64,000 nucleotides of DNA from an uncultured Pseudomonadota bacterium (GCA_903928445.1 CAIYRB010000101.1:1909-65908), one strand, 5' to 3'; numbered from the stretch's first letter, positions 25,820 through 36,106 are shown. The notes: generated by a model not told the origin, from the sequence alone. Translations and numbers: made by a program.

Positions 25820-26509
25820 ATGAGTGCGCAGCTCGGATATTCGATGTTCCAAGATGTGCTCTTTCCCGTCGCCGAACAGGTCAGTGCCACGGCGGCGGCA
25901 GAGGTGCTACAGCTGCGCCGCGTCAAGCGCTTTGTCCCAGCTAAAGACCTGAACATCCTCGGGGCCTCGATCGTCGTCTTCGACTTGGAGACGACCGGAC
26001 TCGACCACCAGGTCGACCGCATCATTGAGATCGGCGCGATCAAACTGGCCGGACTTGAACCGATCGCGGAGTACTCCTCGCTGGTCGAGACCGACATCGA
26101 GCTGACCAGCGACATCGTCACATTGACCGGCATCACTCAGGAGATGCTCCAGGGGCAGCCGCAGATGGGGGCAGTGCTGCCGGAGTTTTTGCGCTTTATC
26201 GAGGGCAGCATCCTGGTGGCGCACAACGCCGAGTTTGATATGGGCATGCTCAAGGCGGCGTGCTCTAGGCAGGGGCTGGAGCTGGAATGGCCGTGTTTTT
26301 GTACCTTGAAGATGGCGCGCGAGATGCTCGCTGATTTAGAAAACAAGAAGTTGGACACCCTAGCCGCCCATTACGGGCTAAGCTTTGAATCGCGCCACCG
26401 CGCCATCGGCGACATCAAGGTCACCGTCGGTGTGCTCGCTGGACTGTTGCGCCAAGAGGCGGCGGCGATCGAGCGCTGGGATCAACTGCAACCGTATGTG
26501 GTCACGTAG
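25820..26509 (+). CDS. DnaQ-like 3'-5' exonuclease (DNA Pol III epsilon-type domain)
   Basis: Exo[10 protein letters not shown], Exo[14 protein letters not shown], Exo[11 protein letters not shown]. Confidence 0.88.
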   Translation: MSAQLGYSMFQDVLFPVAEQVSATAAAEVLQLRRVKRFVPAKDLNILGASIVVFDLETTGLDHQVDRIIEIGAIKLAGLEPIAEYSSLVETDIELTSDIVTLTGITQEMLQGQPQMGAVLPEFLRFIEGSILVAHNAEFDMGMLKAACSRQGLELEWPCFCTLKMAREMLADLENKKLDTLAAHYGLSFESRHRAIGDIKVTVGVLAGLLRQEAAAIERWDQLQPYVVT

Positions 26510-26514
26510 GATCT

Positions 26515-28119
26515 ATGCAACTGAAGAGTCAAATCGAAGCGGGCGGCGCCGATTTCCGGCAAAACCAGGAGTTCCACGCACGCCTCGCTGCGGACTTAGC
26601 GCAGCGTGAGGCGGCGGCACAAGCCGGCGGTGGCGACAAAGCCCAGGCCTATCAAAAGAGCCAGGGCAAGATGCTGGCCCGCGAGCGCATTCAGGCTTTG
26701 ATCGACCCCGAGACGCGCTTTCTCGAGCTGTCGACCTTGGCGGGGTATGAACTCTACGACGACGCCGTAGCCTCTGGTGGCATCGTCACCGGCATCGGTC
26801 AGGTCAGCGGTCGCACCTGCCTCATCGTCGCCAACGATCAAACGGTCAAGGGCGGGACCTACTACCCGATCACCGTGAAGAAGCATCTGCGGGCGCAGGA
26901 GATTGCGCAGCAAAACGGCCTGCCATGCCTGTATTTGGTCGATTCGGGTGGCGCCTTTCTGCCGATGCAAGACGAGGTCTTTCCCGACAAAGACGACTTT
27001 GGTCGCATCTTCTTCAATCAAGCCAAGATGAGCGCGGCCGGTATCCCGCAAATCGCCTCGGTGCACGGGCTATGCACGGCGGGCGGGGCGTATATTCCGG
27101 CGATGGCCGATCAAAATATCATCGTGCGCGGGACAGGAACGATCTTTCTCGGCGGTCCCCCACTGGTCAAAGCGGCCACCGGCGAAGACGTCACGGCCGA
27201 GGAGCTGGGCGGCGCCGAGGTGCACACCAGCATCAGCGGAGTGGCCGACCACTTGGCCGAGGATGACGAGCACGCCACGCAGATCATGCGCGATATCGTT
27301 GCGCACCTCGGGACACGCCAGGCGGCTACGGTCACGCTCAAAGAGCCTAAACCGCCGCTGTATGACCCTAGCGAGATGCTCGGGGTCATTCCCACCGACC
27401 CGCGCAAGTTCTTTGACGCCCGCGAGGTGATCGCCCGCATCGTCGACGGATCCGAGTTTTTTGAGTTTAAGAAGAACTACGCGACGACGCTACTCACGGG
27501 CTTTGCCCATCTCCAAGGCATGCCCATCGGCATCGTCGCCAACAACGGCGTGCTGTTTTCCGAGAGTGCCCTCAAAGGCGCGCATTTTATTGAACTCTGC
27601 GCCCAAGAACGCATCCCGCTGCTGTTTTTACAAAACATCACTGGGTTTATCGTTGGCAAGAAGTATGAGCATCAAGGCATCGCCAAAGACGGCGCCAAGC
27701 TGGTCCACGCGGTTGCCTGCGCCAATGTCCCAAAGATCACCTTGGTCACCGGTGGCAGCTACGGCGCCGGCAATTACGGCATGTGCGGAAGGGCCTACGA
27801 TCCGCGCTACTTGTTTATGTGGCCAAACGCGCGGATCTCCGTGATGGGCGGCGAGCAAGCGGCAAACGTGCTCGCTAGCGTCAAGGAGCAACAGCTGGCG
27901 CGCACCGGCCAGCCGTTCACCGCTGCAGCTCGCGACCAACTCAAGGCCCCAATTCTAGCCAAATACGACCGCGAGAGCTCCTGCTACTACTCGTCGGCTC
28001 GCCTCTGGGATGACGGCGTGATCGACCCGCGGCAGACGCGGCAGGTGCTAGCCATGGCTTTTGCCTCGACCCTGCAGCAGTCATGGGACGATACGAGGTT
28101 TGGCATCTTTCGCATGTGA
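26515..28119 (+). CDS. Methylcrotonyl-CoA carboxylase beta subunit (carboxyltransferase)
   Basis: 534 aa. Full-length match to the acyl-CoA carboxylase CT family pattern ([39 protein letters not shown]). Clustered with a biotin carboxylase and an enoyl-CoA hydratase. Confidence 0.9.
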   Translation: MQLKSQIEAGGADFRQNQEFHARLAADLAQREAAAQAGGGDKAQAYQKSQGKMLARERIQALIDPETRFLELSTLAGYELYDDAVASGGIVTGIGQVSGRTCLIVANDQTVKGGTYYPITVKKHLRAQEIAQQNGLPCLYLVDSGGAFLPMQDEVFPDKDDFGRIFFNQAKMSAAGIPQIASVHGLCTAGGAYIPAMADQNIIVRGTGTIFLGGPPLVKAATGEDVTAEELGGAEVHTSISGVADHLAEDDEHATQIMRDIVAHLGTRQAATVTLKEPKPPLYDPSEMLGVIPTDPRKFFDAREVIARIVDGSEFFEFKKNYATTLLTGFAHLQGMPIGIVANNGVLFSESALKGAHFIELCAQERIPLLFLQNITGFIVGKKYEHQGIAKDGAKLVHAVACANVPKITLVTGGSYGAGNYGMCGRAYDPRYLFMWPNARISVMGGEQAANVLASVKEQQLARTGQPFTAAARDQLKAPILAKYDRESSCYYSSARLWDDGVIDPRQTRQVLAMAFASTLQQSWDDTRFGIFRM

Positions 28120-28183
28120 CTCTGCAGGTGATCCTAGGTGCTTCACGGTTTAAAACAGCGCTGCAATCAAGCGAAGGTGACGG

Positions 28184-30013
28184 ATGACAACGCAAAAAAG
28201 CATCAAAATCGGCAATGCCAGCGGCTACTGGGGCGATGATCCCGACGCTCTAAACCGCCAGGTACACGGTGGCCGGCTCGACTATATCTCGATGGATTTT
28301 CTCGCCGAGATCACCATGTCGATCATGCAAAAGCAGCGCAGCCGCGACCCCGAGGCCGGTTACGCGCGGGACTTTATCCCGATGCTAGAAAAGGTGCTGC
28401 AAAAGACCTTAGCCGAGAAGACGACGATCATCACCAATGCCGGCGGCATCAACCCCGAGGCCTGCGCCGAAGCCATCTCCAGCATGGCCAAGCGCCTCGG
28501 CTTACATCCGCGTATTGCTGTCGTCCACGGCGACAACATCCTCGAGCGCCTGCACGAGCTGCGGGCCAAGGGCTGCACCTTTGCCAATATGGACAGCGGT
28601 CGGCCGTTTAGCGACATCGAAGCGCGTATCGAAGCGGCCAATGTTTATTTTGGCGCGGCTCCCGTCGCCGAAGCCCTCGCCTGGAAGCCCGACATCATCA
28701 TCACCGGCCGCGTCACCGACACCGGAATCTCCATCGGACCAATGGTCCATGCCTTTGGCTGGAGCTTGGATGACTGGGACAAATTAGCGGCGGGCGTCGT
28801 CGCCGGTCACATCATCGAATGCGGCAGCCAAGCGACAGGTGGTAACTTCACCGATTGGCAGTTGGTGAAGTCCTACAAGAAGATCGGCTTTCCCATCGTC
28901 GAGGTGTACGCGGACGGCAGCTTTGTCGTGACCAAACACCCCGGTAGCGGCGGGCTGGTATCGCTCGACACCGTGCGCGAGCAGTTGTTCTACGAAATGG
29001 GCTCACCGACGGCTTATATCACACCGGACGTCGTCGCCGATTTCTCCTCGATGCAGCTCAGCGTCGAAGGCCCGGACCGGATCCGCGTCAGCGGCGTTAA
29101 AGGCTACGAGCCCACACCCACGTATAAAGTCTCGATGGCCTACAGCGACGGCTACAAAAGCGTCGGCGAAATCGCCATCTGTGGCCCTCACGCCAAAAGC
29201 AAGGCGGAGGCCTTTGCCGAGGTGTTTTGGGACCGCGCGGGCCGCGACTTTGCCGCGACCGAGACGGAGTACTTTGGCCTCAATGCGTTTCACCGCAGCA
29301 TGGGCCACGCCAGTGACGGCAATGAAATCATCCTCCGCCTCGGCGCCCGCGACAACGACAGTAAGAAGTTAAAAAAGATGGCGAAGATCATCCCATCTTT
29401 GATCCTCGGCGGCCCTCCTGGCGTGACGATCCTCGGCGGTGTCGCCAAGGTTCAAGACATCGTCAGCTATTGGCCGGCGTTGATGCCTAAGTCGGCCCTG
29501 CAGCCGGTCGTCGCCCTGTACGAAAACGGCGGCTTCAGCGCAGAGCACGTGGTAGGTACGACCCGGAGCGGCAATTACGAGGGCAGTGCTGCTGGCCGTC
29601 AGGAAGCCAGCAAAGCCGAGCGTTCGGTCGCGGCGACCGCCGCCGACCATGCCCACGGCACTGAACTCATAGAGATCTGTTTAGCCCGTAGCGGCGACAA
29701 GGGTGACACCGCCAACATCGGCGTCATGGCGCGCAGCCCCAAAGCGATGGCCTTTCTCGACCACTTCCTGACGGCGCAGCGGGTCAAAGATCTGTTTCAG
29801 GAACTGTGCTTTGGCCGCGTCGTGCGTTACCGCCTAGACAACCTGCAGGGATTTAACTTTCTGCTGGAGAACTCGCTCGGCGGCGGCGGCACCTTGACGC
29901 TGCGCGCGGATGCCCAGGGCAAGACCTTCGCGCAGGCGATTTTGCGGCAAAAAACCGCGATTCCCGCCGATGTCCTCGCTGAAGTTGCCCAACTACGAGG
30001 CCAGGCGCCGTGA
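28184..30013 (+). CDS. AtuA-like protein (DUF1446, acyclic terpene utilisation family)
   Basis: 609 aa. IGNASGYWGDDPDAL...LDYISMDFLAEITMSI N-terminus is characteristic of DUF1446/AtuA. Confidence 0.8.
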   Translation: MTTQKSIKIGNASGYWGDDPDALNRQVHGGRLDYISMDFLAEITMSIMQKQRSRDPEAGYARDFIPMLEKVLQKTLAEKTTIITNAGGINPEACAEAISSMAKRLGLHPRIAVVHGDNILERLHELRAKGCTFANMDSGRPFSDIEARIEAANVYFGAAPVAEALAWKPDIIITGRVTDTGISIGPMVHAFGWSLDDWDKLAAGVVAGHIIECGSQATGGNFTDWQLVKSYKKIGFPIVEVYADGSFVVTKHPGSGGLVSLDTVREQLFYEMGSPTAYITPDVVADFSSMQLSVEGPDRIRVSGVKGYEPTPTYKVSMAYSDGYKSVGEIAICGPHAKSKAEAFAEVFWDRAGRDFAATETEYFGLNAFHRSMGHASDGNEIILRLGARDNDSKKLKKMAKIIPSLILGGPPGVTILGGVAKVQDIVSYWPALMPKSALQPVVALYENGGFSAEHVVGTTRSGNYEGSAAGRQEASKAERSVAATAADHAHGTELIEICLARSGDKGDTANIGVMARSPKAMAFLDHFLTAQRVKDLFQELCFGRVVRYRLDNLQGFNFLLENSLGGGGTLTLRADAQGKTFAQAILRQKTAIPADVLAEVAQLRGQAP

Positions 30014-30843
30014 GTCTAACCGAACTGCGCTTTGTCAAAGCGCATGCCGATCGCCCTGATTTGATCGGCGTGCTCTCGCTCAACCGACCAGATGCCGCCA
30101 ACGCCCTCAATGCAGAGATGCTCCAAGCACTCGCAGCTCAGCTCCAGGCTGCCACGGCCAATGAGCACTGCCGAGCTTTGGTCCTGCGTGGACACGGCAA
30201 GCATTTTTCTGCCGGTGCTGACCTAGACTGGATGCGCGCGGCAGCCGAGCTCGATGTTGCTGGCAACCTGCGCGACGCCAAAATCCTCACCAAGGTGTTT
30301 GAAGCCTTAGCCAACCTGCCGATGCCGACGCTGGCATTGGTCCACGGCTCGGCATTTGGTGGCGCCGTCGGATTGGCTGCGTGCTGCGATATTGTCATCG
30401 CCTCGGCCACCGCGCGTTTTTGTCTGAGCGAAGTCAAACTCGGCTTGATGCCAGCGGTGATCATGCCCTACCTGGCGCGCAAGATGTTGCCGGGACAGCT
30501 GCGCCGCCACGCTCTAAATGCAAAGGTATTTAGTGGCGCGGACGCCTATGACTACGGCCTGGTCCAACGCGTCACCGCTGAAGGTGACGTTGGCGGCGAG
30601 GTCGCCCTGCGCGAGGAACTAAACGCCCTGCTGCAGGGTTCACCGACGGCGCAAAAGGCCATCAAAGCCCTGCATGACCGCATCGTCGCCGACAGCTTAA
30701 AACAAGCACCCTATACCGCTGAAGGCATCGCTACCCTGCGGGTGAGCGCCAGCGGCCAGGCGGGTCTAAAAGCCTTTTTTGCGCAGCAAGCCACGCCCTG
30801 GGCGATGACCCTCAACCCCAACTGGAGGCTTGACGTCCCGTGA
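30010..30843 (+). CDS. Enoyl-CoA hydratase/isomerase family (methylglutaconyl-CoA hydratase-like)
   Basis: Crotonase fold motifs FSAGADLDWM and HGSAFGGAVGLAACCD. 4-nt overlaps with both neighbours. Confidence 0.85.
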   Translation: MSLTELRFVKAHADRPDLIGVLSLNRPDAANALNAEMLQALAAQLQAATANEHCRALVLRGHGKHFSAGADLDWMRAAAELDVAGNLRDAKILTKVFEALANLPMPTLALVHGSAFGGAVGLAACCDIVIASATARFCLSEVKLGLMPAVIMPYLARKMLPGQLRRHALNAKVFSGADAYDYGLVQRVTAEGDVGGEVALREELNALLQGSPTAQKAIKALHDRIVADSLKQAPYTAEGIATLRVSASGQAGLKAFFAQQATPWAMTLNPNWRLDVP

Positions 30844-32903
30844 CCCAAAACGCGCTGCCTAAACGTCTATTTATCGCCAATCGCGGCGAGATCGCCCGAC
30901 GCATCGCCTTGACGGCGCGACGCCTGGGCATTGAGACCGTGATCTTGACGGACCACCAGACCCTGCCAAAGTACCTTGCCGGTATCGTCAGCCACGCGGT
31001 ACGAGTCGAGCAGGAAAGTCCAGCGCTATACCTCGATGGTGCGGCCATGATCCGGCACGCGCGCGAGGCGGGCTGCGACAGCGTCCATCCAGGCTTTGGC
31101 TTTTTATCCGAGCATGCCGGATTTGCCGCCATGGTCGTCGAGGCTGGCCTCATCTGGGTCGGACCAAAACCAGCGGCCATCGCCGCGATGGCCAGCAAAG
31201 CCTCGGCACGCGGCTACGCCGAGCGCGCTGGCGTGCCTTGTGTCAAAGGCATCAGCAAGTTCAACGTACCGACCGAAGCCAGCGGCGACAACAGCGACTT
31301 CGCCGAGCTGGAGGCGTTTGCGCGGGAGACGGGCTACCCGCTACTCATGAAAGCTGCCTTTGGCGGCGGCGGCAAAGGCATGCGCGTCGTGCAGCAGCAC
31401 AGTGAACTGCGCGAGGCCGCACTCAGAGCTGCGTCGGAGGCGAAAAGTTCGTTTGGCGACGGCAGCCTGATCTGTGAGCAGTACCTAGGAGCCCCACGGC
31501 ATATCGAGGTGCAGATCCTCGCCGATCGCCTGGGCCACGTGGTCGCCGTCGGCGACCGCGACTGTTCGCTGCAACGGCGCCATCAAAAGATCATCGAGGA
31601 GGCTCCGGCCATCGGCCTCACCGCGGCGACCCGCCGCGACTTGCATGCGGCCGCGATCGCCTTGGCTCAGGCTGTCGGCTACGACTCCACTGGAACGGTT
31701 GAGTTCCTCATCGACTGGAGTGACAGCGCGCGCCAGGGTGGAGCGCAACGCTTTTATTTCCTTGAGATGAATACCCGTCTGCAGGTTGAGCATCCGGTTA
31801 CTGAAGAGGTGTTTGGCATCGACTTGGTCGAGTGGCAGCTCAGAGTCGCCGCAGGCGAGGCTCTTCCCGCCGCCTTTGCGGATCTGCAGCCGCGCGGCCA
31901 CAGCGTCGAGGCCCGCCTCTATACCGAAGATGTCGACAACGGCTTTTTTCCAGCTCCCGGTCCTGTCGCCAGCTTTAAACCGGCGCTTGGTCCTGGCTTA
32001 CGCTGGGAGATCGGTCTAGACGAGGTCGACGAAGTCACCGGACGCTTTGACCCGATGATCGCTAAACTGGTGGCCACGGGTCCAGACCGGGCGGCGGCTC
32101 TGGCCAGGCTCGCCGATGGCTTAAACCGCACCTTCTTCGCTGGCCCCGCGAACAACCTCGACCTGATCGGCGAGCTGGTCACCCACACACGCTTTGCCAC
32201 GGAACCGGTGACCACCCAATTCCTCGGTACCGAGATTGAGCCTATCCTTAGCCGCATGAAGGCGAGGCATCAGGCCGACGCCGCCGCAGCCGAGCAGCTT
32301 CTGGATGCGCTGGTGGCAGGTCGCCTAGCCCCTGGTGCAGCGGTGCGTGGCGGCAACCTGGCCAGCCTGACGCAGCAGGTCTTTCAACTGCGGCCGGCCG
32401 ATCGTTCGCCGCCTTATGATCAAGCAAATCAGCCAAGCGAGGTCCGTCCGCAGCTTCATAGCAGCTCCTACACCAGTCCTGGACCAGGGGTGATGACGGG
32501 GCAGACCGCCGTCCAAAGTGGTGAAGGTGTCATCAACGCTGCAGATGGTTCCGTGCAGGCGTTCGCTTATGCTATGCTGACCGCTGGTTCTGACCGGACT
32601 TTTTGGGCTTCCTTAGGTGGCTGTACGGTGCGGCGGCAGGTGCTTCAAGCGACCAGACGTCAACACGGCGAGCAGCATAAGGGGGGCCAGGCAACGGTCA
32701 CGGCACCAGTGCCAGGTCGCGTGATAGCAGTCAAGGTTGAGGCTAGGACTCCAGTGGCAGCGGGAGATACGATGTTCGTGCTGGAATCCATGAAGATGGA
32801 GTTTGAAGTTCGGGCGACCGAGGCCGGCGAGCTGTCCGAGGTTCACGTCAAAGCGAACGACCAAGTCACCGCAGGGCAGTTATTGGCTAAATGGGCCCGC
32901 TAA
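30840..32903 (+). CDS. Methylcrotonyl/acetyl-CoA carboxylase alpha subunit (biotin carboxylase + BCCP domain)
   Basis: 687 aa. RLFIANRGEIARRI, ATP-grasp GGGGKGMRVV, EMNTRLQVEHPVTE, and C-terminal biotinyl motif ESMKMEF. Confidence 0.92.
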   Translation: MTQNALPKRLFIANRGEIARRIALTARRLGIETVILTDHQTLPKYLAGIVSHAVRVEQESPALYLDGAAMIRHAREAGCDSVHPGFGFLSEHAGFAAMVVEAGLIWVGPKPAAIAAMASKASARGYAERAGVPCVKGISKFNVPTEASGDNSDFAELEAFARETGYPLLMKAAFGGGGKGMRVVQQHSELREAALRAASEAKSSFGDGSLICEQYLGAPRHIEVQILADRLGHVVAVGDRDCSLQRRHQKIIEEAPAIGLTAATRRDLHAAAIALAQAVGYDSTGTVEFLIDWSDSARQGGAQRFYFLEMNTRLQVEHPVTEEVFGIDLVEWQLRVAAGEALPAAFADLQPRGHSVEARLYTEDVDNGFFPAPGPVASFKPALGPGLRWEIGLDEVDEVTGRFDPMIAKLVATGPDRAAALARLADGLNRTFFAGPANNLDLIGELVTHTRFATEPVTTQFLGTEIEPILSRMKARHQADAAAAEQLLDALVAGRLAPGAAVRGGNLASLTQQVFQLRPADRSPPYDQANQPSEVRPQLHSSSYTSPGPGVMTGQTAVQSGEGVINAADGSVQAFAYAMLTAGSDRTFWASLGGCTVRRQVLQATRRQHGEQHKGGQATVTAPVPGRVIAVKVEARTPVAAGDTMFVLESMKMEFEVRATEAGELSEVHVKANDQVTAGQLLAKWAR

Positions 32904-32927
32904 GGCGGACCACAAACGAGGTGAATC

Positions 32928-33878
32928 GTGGCTAGCCAGCATACGTTTAAGCGGTTCATGAAAGAGTCTGGATTCAAGGTATTAGCCTTAGCGCGGCTCA
33001 GCCAATGCGAGTACAGCATCATGCTTTACCTGCTCAATTGCGCCGTTTCGGGCCTTGATCAATTCATCACAACCGAATCCGAGCTCGCCTCGCTGATCGG
33101 CTACGATGATGGCACGCTGCGAGCCACCCTTGGCGAGCTCGCCGGCAAAAACATCATCCGGCTGCACTACGGCGACACCGCCACCAACGTCGATAGCGCC
33201 TCGCTACGCGTCGCCATTCAGTACGACGTCAGTAAGTGGATTTTGGCCTACGATGTCGAGGCCACCTCGCAGGATGCGATCGTCTTCCCGTTTCGTCGCA
33301 CTGGTGCCACAGCCAATCTAAAGGTCATGGACGGCCAAAAAAAGGACCCGCGCGCAAAGAAGGGTGAGACTACAGATAACCCAACCTGGCGCCGCGTGCT
33401 TGAATCCTACCTGCAAAACCGCAGCATGGATGACGACGAGATCGAGCAAGCAGAAAACGCCGCAAAGATCTTAGTCGAGGTCCATCCAGTCGATCAGGTG
33501 CTACTGATGCTGCGCCACTTCCATCAGCGGATTCCAACGCTCAGCCTACTTGCCAGCAGCTGGCAGCATTACCAAGAGATCTTCGAGGCGGAAACGCAAA
33601 AGGTCGACATGCTCGGCGCCAGGCAAAAGCACCAAGAGCTCGACCAAAAGCTACGTTCGCAAGGTGAGGCCCTGCTTCTTAGCAGCGAAAGCCAGTTGAG
33701 CGAGGAAGAGCGCACCGTCCTGAATATCCTGATCAAGCATCGGCATCCGCGCCGGCAGCTGTTTTGGGCCTATCAGCTACGCAGCCGCTACCCAAACCTA
33801 AGCGGTTTTTTTGCCGACAACGCCTCACTGATGCTATCGGTGACCTCAGGTGGTACGGTCGTCAAACGCCATGATTAG
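32928..33878 (+). CDS. Hypothetical protein with N-terminal winged-helix (phage replication-protein-O-N-like) domain
   Basis: 316 aa. LSQCEYSIMLYLLNCAVSGLDQFITTESELASLIGYDDGTLRATLGELAGKNIIR resembles Rep-O/DnaD-type wHTH. The rest is unassigned. Confidence 0.5.
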   Translation: MASQHTFKRFMKESGFKVLALARLSQCEYSIMLYLLNCAVSGLDQFITTESELASLIGYDDGTLRATLGELAGKNIIRLHYGDTATNVDSASLRVAIQYDVSKWILAYDVEATSQDAIVFPFRRTGATANLKVMDGQKKDPRAKKGETTDNPTWRRVLESYLQNRSMDDDEIEQAENAAKILVEVHPVDQVLLMLRHFHQRIPTLSLLASSWQHYQEIFEAETQKVDMLGARQKHQELDQKLRSQGEALLLSSESQLSEEERTVLNILIKHRHPRRQLFWAYQLRSRYPNLSGFFADNASLMLSVTSGGTVVKRHD

Positions 33879-33901
33879 TCGGGCGTAAAACTCTTAGAGG
33901 C

Positions 33902-34010
33902 TGTCCGAAACACTCCCTATCTCCCTACTTCCGCGCCTCCGTGATCAAACACGAACACCCAAGTTTAACCACAGAGGCGCGGAAGTAGGGAGACAGGGAA
34001 TTTTCGGACA
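33902..34010. repeat. Long imperfect inverted repeat (about 42-nt arms, 26-nt spacer) between convergent genes
   Basis: Left arm tgtccgaaacactccctatctccctacttccgcgcctccgtg (33902-33943). The reverse complement of the right arm (33970-34010) is tgtccgaaaattccctgtctccctacttccgcgcctctgtg. About 37 matching positions with one indel. Confidence 0.85.
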
Positions 34011-34015
34011 TGATC

Positions 34016-36106
34016 TTAGGCTGCAGCTTTGCCCTGATTTGGCACGAAGATGGCGACGCCGTCGACTTCGACGTTGACACCGCCTTTGCGCGGCACCAAG
34101 ACAATGCTTTTGCCGGCTAACTTAAGTTCACGCCGCCCACTTAGGACCAAGGTCCCAGGGTCGATCTCCACGGCAGCGCCGGAGGCGAACTGCAGGGCGA
34201 TCTTGCCCTCGCTGGTGATGTCGAGTCCCGTAAACTCAAAGCCTTTGACACTCGACACCGCACGCGGCCCATCCTTTGCCACAGCCGGCACTGGCCGGTC
34301 GGGAGCCTGAGCAGGCGCTGGAGCCAGGTCCAGGGCCGAGAGATCTTCAGTGCCAATCTCGGCGTCTGCCGCCAGCTCTAGCTCGTCGGAAGTGGGCAGA
34401 TCGTTACCAATGGTTTCGCCAGACTCAGTGACTTCAGCGGTTTCCGCGGTTTCAAAGGACAACTCCTCATCCAACTCGTCCAAGGCCAGTTCATCAGAGG
34501 CGGGTGCCGAAAACTCTTCTTCAGGAGCCGACGTCACCAATTCCATAGTCGCCATGCGATCAGTAGAATTAGCATCCTCGATTTCGCCAAAAGCACCTTC
34601 TTCAGCGATGGACGCGCTGAGTTTTTCTTCGAATGCATCGGCATCCGCTTCGGCAATTTCGTCGGCGATCATCTCATCATCGCTAGCCACAAGGGTTGGT
34701 GCACTCGCCTGGGGTTTTGCCGCTGGCGCAATAGGTTCGCTCGCAACGGGAGCCATGCTTAGCGACTCCTCCTCAAGATCAGGATCCGTGGCTAGGTCGA
34801 CGCTTTCTTCTAGCTCATCCAACGCTAGCTCATCCAACGCTAGCTCATCCTCGCCTGCGGCAAGTTCAGCAGGAGCCGGACCCGCGGCAATCGACTCTGG
34901 CGCGAATTCATCCTCAATCTCCAGGTCACCTAGCGTCGGTTCGGCAACAGCAAAGTCCTGGTCCAAGGCGGCAAAATCCTCGTCCTTGGCGGCAAGCTCA
35001 TCTGCAGCAGGTGCCACCGGATCCAAAGACAGATCGTCGACGGCAAACTCATCTTCGGCGGCCGCCAACGTGTCACCGGGCATTGCGACATCGGGTGTAG
35101 ACTCCAGACTCAGCTCACCGAACTCCTCGTCAGCAGCCAAAAGTGGAAGTTCTTCGCCGCTATCTTCGACCAAACCCGTGTCGAAGGCCTCCGCAGCCGC
35201 AGCCAGACCGGTGTCAGCGGATTCGACACCCAGCTCGTCACTGGCTTCAGGACCACTTTCCAGCCCAGCGATGCCGAGATCGCTATCGTCAAAGGATGGC
35301 TCAGCGTCCAGACCTTCGGTGCTGATGGCTGCATCGATACCGGGTGCATCAAATGCCTCGTCTCCGGCGAATTCATCGATCTTCAGTTCATCGCTACTCT
35401 CTGCGGCAGTTGGTTCTGGCGTGCCCGCCGCATCACCGAACGGATCGGCATGCGCCGCGTCCTGGCTGTATGGGGCTAGGGTCGCAATAAACTCCTGCGT
35501 CCCTGCTCGCTCCATCACCTCTTGTAGGGATTCGCCGGACTGCGCCAATTTTTTGTAAACAGAAACAACCTTTGCGATGAGTTTTGGCAGCTTAGCCGCC
35601 GGGACGCCCTCGGCCATGAATGACGCCATCTCTGGGAGTTGAGAATTCTTACCACCTAAACTGACGCGGTAGCCGCCAGTGTCACCGATGATCGAGATAT
35701 CCAGAGTGTGCGTCGCAAGGCAGCAACGAGCACAGCCATTGATGCCAATTTTGAGCGGTTGACCTAGGACGATGCCGGCCAATTCATCGGCTAGGTCCAT
35801 ACTGGAGCCCATGGCATCCTGCAGGTGCTCACTACACAGGGCGCCGAGGCAGTTGATCGGCTGGTGCAGTCCATCTTGGTAATGGCGGACGCCTAGGCCC
35901 ACGGATTTGAGTTGTGCGGCAACTGCAGCCGCCTTCGCCGGTGGAACGAACAAAGCCAGACGCTGATCTTCGGTCGCTTTCGCCACCGCGTCTTCGCCCG
36001 CGCACAACGCGGCTAGCTTCTTTAACTGCTCGGCGTTGTAAACACCTCCAGGCGCTTCCGTCGACAGCAAGAGTAAGCCGTTTTGTAATTTAAAGGACGT
36101 TCCCAT
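34016..36106 (-). CDS. Nitrite/sulfite-reductase-like (ferredoxin-like half-domain + Cys cluster) protein fused to a roughly 400-aa poly-acidic low-complexity region and a small C-terminal beta domain
   Basis: 696 aa. The N-terminal 210 aa carry CLGALC...INGCARCC cysteine spacing, reminiscent of NIR_SIR 4Fe-4S/sirohaem sites. The middle is D/E/A/L-rich (ELALDELALDELEE etc.). The C-terminus reads FEFTGLDITSEGKIALQF...VEVDGVAIFV. Confidence 0.7.
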   Translation of the reverse strand: MGTSFKLQNGLLLLSTEAPGGVYNAEQLKKLAALCAGEDAVAKATEDQRLALFVPPAKAAAVAAQLKSVGLGVRHYQDGLHQPINCLGALCSEHLQDAMGSSMDLADELAGIVLGQPLKIGINGCARCCLATHTLDISIIGDTGGYRVSLGGKNSQLPEMASFMAEGVPAAKLPKLIAKVVSVYKKLAQSGESLQEVMERAGTQEFIATLAPYSQDAAHADPFGDAAGTPEPTAAESSDELKIDEFAGDEAFDAPGIDAAISTEGLDAEPSFDDSDLGIAGLESGPEASDELGVESADTGLAAAAEAFDTGLVEDSGEELPLLAADEEFGELSLESTPDVAMPGDTLAAAEDEFAVDDLSLDPVAPAADELAAKDEDFAALDQDFAVAEPTLGDLEIEDEFAPESIAAGPAPAELAAGEDELALDELALDELEESVDLATDPDLEEESLSMAPVASEPIAPAAKPQASAPTLVASDDEMIADEIAEADADAFEEKLSASIAEEGAFGEIEDANSTDRMATMELVTSAPEEEFSAPASDELALDELDEELSFETAETAEVTESGETIGNDLPTSDELELAADAEIGTEDLSALDLAPAPAQAPDRPVPAVAKDGPRAVSSVKGFEFTGLDITSEGKIALQFASGAAVEIDPGTLVLSGRRELKLAGKSIVLVPRKGGVNVEVDGVAIFVPNQGKAAA
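34811..34850. repeat. 15-nt tandem repeat (2.7 units) inside the acidic region (LDELA repeats)
   Basis: tagctcatccaacgc x2 plus the partial unit tagctcatcc. Confidence 0.85.

Noticed and set aside
34350-35558. 402-aa Ser/Ala-rich ORF on the + strand
   Set aside because: It is the mirror image of the D/E/A/L low-complexity region of the - strand gene (GAx/GCx codons read antisense give Ser/Ala). The - strand frame has recognisable N- and C-terminal domains.
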